From positions 496,001-560,000 of the forward strand of contig JBNRSN020000025.1 in assembly GCA_051313645.2 (NCBI GenBank): a DNA stretch of 64,000 nucleotides. Reading direction: 5' to 3'. The notes below the pieces were generated by a model. It had not been told where the DNA came from, did not search any database, and worked only from the letters and a program-made list of their open reading frames with translations. The stretch's first letter is position 1. Each line of letters begins with the position of its first letter. The position numbers were made by a program, and so were the translations under genes. This document shows positions 52,508 through 61,459 of this stretch, in pieces. The DNA comes from Centroscyllium fabricii (taxonomy: Eukaryota).

Positions 52508-52595
52508 TGCCTCTGCTGCTTCCACCCTTCTGCTTGTCCACCAATCCAAACCTTCCCCAGGCTCAACCTGCACCAGCCCTGAACTGAATTCCAGA
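52508..52595 (-). repeat. Right arm of the 88-bp inverted repeat
   Basis: Reverse complement of 10303-10390 (80/88). Confidence 0.9.
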
Positions 52596-53967
52596 AGTGA
52601 GGTGAGAGTGACTGCCCATGACATCAAGGCAGCATTTGACCGAGTGTGGCATGAAGGAGGCCCAGTAAAACTGAAGTCATTGGAAATCCGGGGGTGGGGG
52701 GGAAACTCTCCACTGGCTGGAATCATACCTAGCACAAAGGAAGATGGTTGTGGTTGTTGGCGGCCAATCATCTCAGGCCCAGAACATCACTGCAGTAGTT
52801 CCTCAGGGTAGTGTTTAGGCCGACCCATCTTTAGCTGCTTCGTCAATGACCTTCCCTCCATCATAAGATCAGAAATGGGGATGTTCGCTGATGATTGCAC
52901 AGTGTTCAGTTCCATTCGCAACTCCTCAAATAATGAAGCAGTCCGGGTCCTCATGCAGCAAGACCTGGGCAACATTCAGGCTTGGGCTGATAAGTGGCAA
53001 GTAACAATCGCGCCACACAAGTGCCAGGCAATGACCATCTCCAACAAGAGAGAATATAGCCACCTCCCCATGACATTTAATAGCATTACCATCAAGCCAG
53101 GAGACCAACCTTGGTTCAATAAGGAGTGTTGAAGAGCATGCCAGGAGCAGCACCAGGCATACCTAAAAATGAGGTGCCAACCTGGGGAAGCTACAACACA
53201 GAACTACATACATGCTAAAAAGCGGAAGCAGCATGCTATAGACAGGGCTAAGCGATCCCACAATCAATGGATCAGATCAAAGCTCTGCAGTCCTGCCACA
53301 TCCAGTCGTGAATGGTGGCAGACCATTAAATAACTAACGGGAGGAGGAGGCGGCTCCATGAATATCCTCATCCTCAATGATGGTGGAGCCCAACACGTGA
53401 GTGCAAAAGACAAGGCTGAAGCATTTGCAACCATCTTCATCCAGAAGTACTGAGTGGATGATCCATATCGGCCTCCTCCTGAGGTCCCCACCATCACAGA
53501 ATCCAGTCTTCAGCCAATTCGATTTACTCCACGTGATATCAAGAAATGGCTGAGTGCACTGCATACAGCAAAGGCTATGGGCCCTGACAACATCCCAGCT
53601 ACCCTGCTGAAGACTTGTGCTCCAGAACTAACCGCGCCTCTAGCCAAGCTGTTCCAGTACAGCTACAACACTAGTATCTATCTGACAATGTGGGGAACTA
53701 CCCAGGTGTGTCCTGTCCACAAAAAGCAGGATTAATCCAACCCAGCCAATTACTGCCCCATCAGTTTACTCTCAATCATCGGCAGAGTGATGGAAGGTGT
53801 CATCGACAGTGCTATCAAGCGGCACTTACTCACCAATAACCTGCTCACTGGTGCACAGTTTGGGTTCCGCCAAGACCACTTGGCTGCCAACCTCATTACA
53901 GCCTTGGTCCAAACATGGGCAAAGGAGCTGAATTCCAAAGGTGAGGTGAGAGTGACTGCCCTTGACA
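52581..53967 (+). mobile_element. Degraded CR1/L2-group LINE RT fragments in permuted order
   Basis: VRVTAHDIKAAFDRVW, MFADD, then upstream motifs KAMGPDNIP and QFGFR; multiple stops and frameshifts. Confidence 0.8.
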
Positions 53968-53990
53968 TTTTTTTTTTATCCATTGATGGG

Positions 53991-54143
53991 ATACATAGAT
54001 ACATAGATGATAGGAGCAGGAGTAGGCCATTCGGCCCTTCGAGCCTGCTCCGCCATTCAATGAGATCATGGCTGATCCTTCAGTTCAGTATCCCGTCCCT
54101 GCCTTCTCTCCGTAACCTTTAACCCCTTTTGCCTGCAGAAATA
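53991..54143 (-). mobile_element. CR1 3'-end fragment
   Basis: IFLQAKGVKGYGEKAGTGY* plus a 3' UTR nearly identical to that of the 10568-12598 LINE. Confidence 0.85.
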
Positions 54144-55481
54144 TATGTGGGCGTCGCTGGCTGGCTAGGCCTGCATTTAGTGCCCAGAGGGACGACACGG
54201 TGGCGCAGTGGTTAGCACTGCTGCCTCGCAATAATGAGCTCCTGGGTTCGAATCCTGCTTGGCCCGGGACCTCTCTGCGTGGAGTTTGCATGTTCTCCCC
54301 GTGTTCGTGTGGGTTTCCTCCGGGTACTCCGGTTTCCTCCCACCACCCAAAGACATGCAGGTTAGGTGAATTGGAGATACTAAAAATTGCCCATGAGTAT
54401 GTGTGTGAGATATAGTTCTTAGATTTGGGGGGTGCTGGGGGATATGGGGAGAGGGTAGTGTGGTAAACCACTGTATGTTATATATATATGTCTCCCCCTT
54501 GTGTCCCCTCCCTGTAACTGCACGTAATGTCTCCCTGCCAGGGAGGACTCACCTGGGAGGACTCCGCTCCTCGGCTTCCTCCCCAGACTCCGCCCACTGG
54601 GTATAAAAGTGAGAGCACACCTGAGTGCTCTCACTTTGGCTTGGAAGACTGTCGGACCTGTGTACAGTTCTATGTGAATAAAAGCCTCGATTACATCTCA
54701 CCAACGACTGGAGTAATTGATTGTGCATCAATTTAATTCACATAGTTTTTTTTCTGCAACAAGGATTGAGAAGTTCCTGAGACCCGAAAGACTTAATCTT
54801 GTCCCGCGATCAGCAGGCGCTGAGCGGGCCTTCACTCACTGGGTCTCCTGCTTCGAATCCTTCCTCGCGGAATCCCGCCTGATCGTGGACACAGACCAAC
54901 GGAAGCTCAACGTCCTGCGGGCCCAGGTCAGCCCCGAGCTCTTCAGCCTAATCGAGGGCGAAACGACCTACAGGAGCGCCCTGGACGCCCTAAAAGCTCG
55001 GTTCACGATACCGACGAACGAGATCTACACCAGGCATCTACTGTTGAACAGGAAACAACAGCCTGGTGAGTCTTTAATGAACTATATGGCAGCATTGCGA
55101 ACGCTCGTGCGCGCCTGCAATTGTAGGCCGCTGACAGCCAACGAGCACCAGGACATAATCCTAAGGTATGCGCTAATGGCTGGACTCAGGTCATCCTATA
55201 CGCGCCAGCGGCTGCTGGAGCAAAGTAACATAGGCCTGGCGGCAGCTGAAGCGCTGACAAAATCCCTGGAGGCTGCGCACTTGCAAAGAGAGTCCTACGG
55301 CCAGCACAGTGCGCGAGCGCTGACCTCGTGGGCGGGCGAGATGACTTTCGCTGCGCCCCCACTCACGCCCGCGGCAGCGGCCCAACCCCAGAAGTGCTAT
55401 TTCTGTGGTCAGTCAAAACACCCCAGGCAGTGCTGCCCTGCTAAAGAAGCGCTGTGCTCCAGCTGCAAGAAGAAGGGACAT

Positions 55482-57792
55482 AAGAACATAAGAACATAAG
55501 AAATAGGAGCAGGAGTAGGCCAATCGGCCCCTCGAGCCTGCTCCGCCATTCAACAAGATCATGGCTGATCTGATCCCAACCTCAATTTTATTTTAACTTT
55601 CCATCCCACCCAAACATATGTGATCACCCGGGAGAGGCGAAAAACCAGATAAAAAACCCAGCAGCCAATTTGGGATAAAAAATCTGGGAAATTCCTCTCC
55701 GACCCATCTAAGCGATCGAAAACTAGTCCAGGAGATCACATGGCCGATCTGAACTTATCCTCATGTCCACTTGCCTGCCCGCTCACCATAACCCTTAATT
55801 CCCTTTTCTTCCAGGAAACTGTCTATCTCTGATTTAAATTTATTCAAAGTAGTAGCTTCCACAGCTCTCTGGGGCAGCAAATTCCACAGCCCCACCACCC
55901 TCTGGCTGAAGAAATTCCTCCTCATCTCCGTCCTAAATGAGTCACCCCTTATCCTTAGACTATGACCCCTGGTTCTGGACTCTCCTACCATCGGGAACAT
56001 TCTTCCTGCATCAAGTCTGTCCAGACCATTTAGAATTTTATACGTTTCGATGAGATCCCCTCTCAATCTTCTAAACTCCAGAGAGTACAAACCCAGTCTA
56101 CCCAGTCTTTCCCCATACGTCAATCCTGCCATCCCAGGTATCAGCCTGGTGAATCTCCTCTGCACTCCCTCCATGGCAAGAACGTCCTTCCTTAGATAAG
56201 GAGACCAAAACTGCACACAGTACTCAAGGCTTGGTCTCACCAAAGCCCTGTACAACTGCAGCAAGACCTCCCTATTCCTGTACTCAAAACCTCTCGCTAT
56301 GAAGGCCAACATACCATTTGCCTTCTTAACCGCCTGCTGCACCTGCAAGCTCACCTTTAGCGACCGGTGCACCAGGACACCCAGGTCTCGTTGTACTTCC
56401 CTTTCTCCTAATCTATTGCCATTTAGATAATAGTCAGCATTTCTATTTTTTCCCCCAAAGTGGATAACCTCGCATTTATCCACATTATACTGCATCTGCC
56501 ATGTATCAGCCCACTCGCCCAACATGTCCAAATCATCCTGGAGCATCCTGCTATCCTTCTCGCAGCACACACGTCCTCCCAGCTTTGTGTCATCTGCAAA
56601 CTTGGAGACATTAGATTTAGTTCCCTTTTCTAAATCATTAATGTATATTGTGAATAGCTGGGGTCCCAGGACTGAGCCCTGTGGTACCCCACTAGTCACT
56701 GCCCGCCACCCAGAAAAAGACCCATTTAATCCCACTCTCTGCTTTCTGCCTGCCAACCAATTTTCAATCCAAGACAATACCTTGCCCCCAATCCCATGTG
56801 CCTTAACTTTAAATGCTAGTCTCTTGTGCGGGACCTTGTCGAATGCCTTCTGAAAGTCCAAGTATATCACATCTACTGGTTCTCCCTGATCAATTTTCCC
56901 AGTTAAATCCTCAAAAAATTCCAGCAGATTAGTCAAGCATGATTTACCTTTTGTAAATCCATGTTGACTTTGTCTAATCCTGCCGCTGCTTTTAAAGTGC
57001 TCAGTGATTTCATCCTTTATTATGGACTCCAGCATCTTTCCCACTACCGATGTCAGGCTTACTGGTCTGTAATTTCCTGCTTTCTCCCTACCACCCTTCT
57101 TGAATAGTGGGGTAACATTTGCCACCCTCCAATCCATGGGTACAGTTCCAGATTCCATCGATTGCTGGAAGATAATCAGCAATGCATCTACTATTTCCAT
57201 GGCTACCTCCCTAAGTACCCTAGGATGTAGACCATCAGGCCCCGGGGATTTATCGGCCTTCAATCCCTTCAATTTCCCTAAAACCATTTCCCTGCAAATA
57301 CGGATATCCTTTAATTCCTCCCCATCATCAAACCTTATTTTTCTTAATATCTCTGGGAGGTTACTTGTGTCCTCCTTTGTAAACACAGAGCCAAAATATG
57401 AATTTAATTGTTCAGCCATTTCTTTGTTCCCCATTATCACTTCTCCTGCTTCTGACTGTAAGGGACCTACACTTGATTTCACCAATCTTTTCCTCTTTAC
57501 ATATCTATAAAAGCTCTTACAGTCTGTTTTTATATTCTTTGCAAGCTTACTTTCATATTCTATTTTCCCTTTCTTAATTAATCCTTTTGTCCTCCTTTGT
57601 TGAATCCTAAACTGTTCCCAATCATCAGGGTTACCGTTTTTTTTGGCCAGTTTATATGCCCTTTCCTTTAATCTTATGCTGTCCCTAATTTCTTTCGTCA
57701 GCCACGGTTGCGTTACCCTTTTTGTTTTATTCTTGTGCCACACTGGGATGAACAACTTCTGTAGCTCATCCATGTGGCCTTTGAATATTTGC
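55482..57792 (-). mobile_element. 5'-truncated CR1 LINE nested in gag of copy 3
   Basis: 670-aa RT ORF, (ATGTTCTT)n tail, CAT duplicated at the junctions; removal restores KKGHCAAVCK. Confidence 0.95.
55761..57773 (-). CDS. CR1 ORF2 C-terminal part (reverse transcriptase), no endonuclease
   Basis: GNYRPVSLTS, YLDFQKAFDKV, GVPQGSVLGP, KFADD. Confidence 0.9.
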   Translation of the reverse strand: MDELQKLFIPVWHKNKTKRVTQPWLTKEIRDSIRLKERAYKLAKKNGNPDDWEQFRIQQRRTKGLIKKGKIEYESKLAKNIKTDCKSFYRYVKRKRLVKSSVGPLQSEAGEVIMGNKEMAEQLNSYFGSVFTKEDTSNLPEILRKIRFDDGEELKDIRICREMVLGKLKGLKADKSPGPDGLHPRVLREVAMEIVDALLIIFQQSMESGTVPMDWRVANVTPLFKKGGREKAGNYRPVSLTSVVGKMLESIIKDEITEHFKSSGRIRQSQHGFTKGKSCLTNLLEFFEDLTGKIDQGEPVDVIYLDFQKAFDKVPHKRLAFKVKAHGIGGKVLSWIENWLAGRKQRVGLNGSFSGWRAVTSGVPQGSVLGPQLFTIYINDLEKGTKSNVSKFADDTKLGGRVCCEKDSRMLQDDLDMLGEWADTWQMQYNVDKCEVIHFGGKNRNADYYLNGNRLGEREVQRDLGVLVHRSLKVSLQVQQAVKKANGMLAFIARGFEYRNREVLLQLYRALVRPSLEYCVQFWSPYLRKDVLAMEGVQRRFTRLIPGMAGLTYGERLGRLGLYSLEFRRLRGDLIETYKILNGLDRLDAGRMFPMVGESRTRGHSLRIRGDSFRTEMRRNFFSQRVVGLWNLLPQRAVEATTLNKFKSEIDSFLEEKGIKGYGERAGKWT

Positions 57793-60700
57793 CATTGTGC
57801 AGCAGTCTGTAAGAGCAGACCATCCCCCTCCAGCAGCGCCGCGTGGGCTCCATCAGAGCGGCCATTGTGGGGCTACCAGCATTCACCCCCACGTGGCGAC
57901 TGTGGCAGCGGCCATCTTGGATCAGACGGCCATCTTGCACCCTCCCCCCCTCCACACAGTGAATACGGGGGCAGCCATCTTGGACCAGCACCACGTTTTC
58001 GCCCACAAGGTGGCCATCTTGAGGCCTACTCAGCCGCGTGCGACCAGTGGACATCACCACGCCTGACGACGGAGCTCCCGCAGCTCGCATCGGTGACACT
58101 GGACCAGACCCGGCCTCACCAACTGGCGCGATCGAAAATGGACATTGAGGTAAACGGCTGTACGCTTAATTGCCTTTTTGATTCGGGGAGTACCGAAAGT
58201 TTCATACACCCAGACACTGTACGGAGGCTTTCCCTCACGGTACTCCCCGCGCGCCAGCGGATCCTAATGGCCTCCAACGCCGCGTCGGCGGAAGTCGGTG
58301 GGATTTGCGTAGTAACATTGAAAGTGTGGGGTACCGTGTACGACCATTTTAAACTATTAGTCCTCCCCCACCTCTGTGCTGCCGTCCTACTGGGCCTTGA
58401 CTTTCAGAGCCACCTCGACAGCGTTATCATGAAATACGGCGATCCCCTCCCCCCCGTTGACTGGCTGTAGCCAGCAGTTCGCGCAACGCGACCCCACACC
58501 GTTTGCAGCCTTTCGACCCTTAAAGTCTCCCCTCCCTCACTATTTGCTAACCTCACCCCCGACTGTAAGCCCATAGCTACCAAGAGCAGGCGCTACAGCA
58601 CGGGGGACAGACTGTTTATTAAGTCTGAGGTCCAGCGGTTACTGAAGGAGGGGATCATCGAGGCCAGCAACAGCCCCTGGAGAGCCCAGGTTGTAGTCGT
58701 CAAGACCGGCACCAAACACCGCCTGGTCATCGATTACAGCCAGACGATCAACCGCTTCACACAATTGGACGCATACCCCCTGCCTCGCATCTCAGACATG
58801 GTCAATGAGATTGCGCAGTACAGGGTGTTCTCTACAATTGACCTTAAGTCCGCATACCATCAGCTCCCCATCCACCCTGGAGACCGCCACTTCACCGCCT
58901 TTGAGGCGAATGGCCGCCTCTACCACTTTTTGAGGGTCCCTTTCGGGGTCTTCCAGCGGGAGATGGACCGGATGGTGGACCAAAACGGGCTGCTGGCTAC
59001 CTTCCCCTACCTTGACAACGTCACCATCTGTGGCCACGATATGAGGGACCACGATGCCAACCTGGCCAAATTCCTCCACACCGCCAAGCTCCTCAACCTC
59101 ACTTACAACGAGGAAAAATGTGTTTTCCGCACCACCCGCCTCGCCATCCTGGGGTGCGTCGTGGCAAACGGGGTCATCGGCCCGGACCCCGAACGCATGC
59201 GTCCCCTCATGGAGCTCCCCCTCCCCCAGAGCCCAAAGGCCCTGAAAAGGTGCCTGGGCTTCTTTTCATACTACGCCCAATGGGTCCCCCAGTACACTGA
59301 CAAAGCCCGCCCCCTCCTGAAATCAACCTCCTTTCCCCTGTCGAACGAGGCTCGTGCAGCCTTCGACAGCATCAGAGCAGCCATCGCCAAGGCGACCATG
59401 CACGCTGTGGACGAATCCGCCCCGTTCCAGGTGGAAAGTGATGCCTCTGACTTTGCCCTGGCCGCCACTCTCAACCAGTCTGGTCGGCCGGTAGCCTGCT
59501 TCTCCCGCACCCTCCATGGCCCCGAAATCAGGCATTCATCAGTGGAGAAGGAGGCCCAGGCCATCGTGGAAGCGGTGCGGCACTGGAGACACTACCTGGC
59601 CGGTAGAAGATTTACCCTGCTCACTGACCAGCGGTCAGTGGCTTTCATGTTTAGTAACAATCAGCGGGGTAACATAAAAAACGACAAAATCCTAAGGTGG
59701 AGAATTGAACTGTCCACCTATAATTACGACATCTTGTACCGGCCCGGTAAACTCAATGAGCCCCCGGACGCACTATCCCGTGGAACCTGTGCCAGCGCAC
59801 AAGTGGATAGACTGCAAGCCATCCACAATGACCTCTGCCATCCCGGAGTCACGCGGCTGTTTCATTTCGTGAAGTCCCGCAACCTGCCCTACTCCATCTC
59901 GGACGTCCGGGAAGTCACCAGGCACTGCCCCACCTGCGCGGAGTGCAAACCTAAATTTTTCCGGCCTAGCAGAGCCAGCTTGGTCAAAGCCACCCGCCCC
60001 TTTGAACGACTGAGCGTCGATTTCAAGGGCCCCCTCCCCTCCATCAACAGGAACGGGTACTTCCTGACAGTGATTGATGAGTACTCACGCTTCCCATTCG
60101 CAATCCCGTGCCCAGACATGACCACAGCCACAACCATCAGGTGTCTGCACAGCATCTTCACCATGTTCGGCTACCCCAACTATATTCACTCAGACAGGGG
60201 GTCAGCATTCATGAGTGACGAGCTGCGCCAGTACCTGCTGTCCAAAGGGATTGCGACAAGCAGGACCACCAGCTACAACCCCCGGGGCAACGGGCAGGTT
60301 GAGCGGGAGAATGGCACCGTCTGGAAGGCCATCAGCCTTGCCCTGCGGTCCAGGGGCCTCCCCGGGTTTCCGCTGGCAGGAGGTCCTCCCAGATGCCCTC
60401 CACTCCATCAGGTCACTGCTCTGCACCGCCACCAATGCCACCTCCCACGAGCGGATGTTTTGCTTCCGCAGGAAGTCTGCATCCGGGACCTCGCTGCCAA
60501 CGTGGCTGACGTCCCCCGGGCCTGTCTTGCTCCAGAGACACGTGAGGGCCCACAAGACAGACCCCCTGGTCGAGAGGGTGCAGCTTCTCCACGCCAACCC
60601 CCAGTACGCCTACGTGGCGTTCCCAGACGGGCGGGAGGACACGGTCTCCATTAGGGACCTTGTGCCCTCGGGGGCCCCAGAAACCATCAGCCACCACCGA

Positions 60701-61307
60701 CTTCGGAAGACATCGTACGGACGGAGATCGGACAACTGCTGGAGACTGCACGGCTGTCGACCCCGGAAACTACCCCAAGACCCCCGGAAACGACCCCAAG
60801 ACCTGCTCTGCGATGGTCGACTTGGCAGACCAGACCGCCAGACAGACTGAATATTTGACTTTGTGTATATATATTAAAAGATCACTCACCCCCGCCTTCA
60901 TTTTTTTAAACAGGGGGTGAATGTGGTAAACCACTGTATCTTATATATATATGTCTCCCCCTTGTGTCCCCTCCCTGTAACTGCACGTAATGTCTCCCTG
61001 CCAGGGAGGACTCACCTGGGAGGACTCAGCTCCTTGGCTTCCTCCCCAGGCTCCGCCCACTGGGTATAAAAGTGAGAGCACACCTGAGTGCTCTCACTTT
61101 GGCTTGGAAGACCGTCGAACCTGTGTACAGTTCTATGTGAATAAAAGCCTCGATTACATCTCACCAACGACTGGAGTAATTGATTGTGCATCAGGTAGTA
61201 GGGGGGTGCTGGGTTTGGATGATCAGCCATGATCTCATCAAAATGGTGGAGCAGGCTCGAAGGGCCGAGTGGCCTACTCCTGCTCCTATCTTCTGTATTT
61301 CTGTGTA

Positions 61308-61405
61308 TCACTAATTGCCCTTGAGAAGCTGGTGATGAGCTGCCTTCTTGAACCGCTGCAGTCCATATGGTGTAGGTACACCCACTATGTTGTTAGGAAG
61401 GGAGT
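61308..61405 (-). mobile_element. Continuation of an older retroposon 3' end, split into 53968-53990, 54144-54186 and 61308-61405
   Basis: Pieces join into a continuous T-tailed sequence (TTTTATCCATT.ATGGGA / TGTGGGCGTCGCTGGC...TGCCCA / TCACTAATTGCCCTTGAGAAG...) resembling a common shark LINE end (from memory). Confidence 0.55.
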
Positions 61406-61459
61406 CTTAGTGTTTTTCGGAGCGGATGTTTACAACGGAGTGGCTTGCTGGGCCTGACA

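Larger units (their letters stand above)
54765..60850 (+). pseudogene. gag-pol: Disrupted gag-pol of copy 3
   Basis: Probable ATG>ATT at the gag start (IEKFLRPERL), LINE inserted in the second CCHC knuckle, frameshifts near 58455 and 60362, in-frame loss of six RT residues (VPFGVFQ versus VPFGVTNGVSVFQ). Confidence 0.88.
54459..61193 (+). mobile_element. Full-length but defective Ty3/Gypsy copy 3
   Basis: 272-bp LTRs 54459-54730 and 60922-61193 (6 differences counted), TSD GGTAG (54454-54458, 61194-61198), gag-pol remnants. Confidence 0.96.
54187..61307 (+). mobile_element. tRNA-derived V-SINE (HE1-like) with CR1-derived tail, split by Gypsy copy 3 (pieces 54187-54458 and 61199-61307)
   Basis: A box TGGCGCAGTGG (54201), B box GGTTCGAATCC (54245), V-domain GTGGAGTTTGCATGTTCTCCCCGTG...GGTTTCCTCCCA, CR1-like 3' end after the LTR element. 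Confidence 0.85.

Noticed and set aside
54187-54260. tRNA gene
   Set aside because: The A and B boxes belong to a SINE head followed by a V-domain and LINE-derived tail; there is no full cloverleaf.
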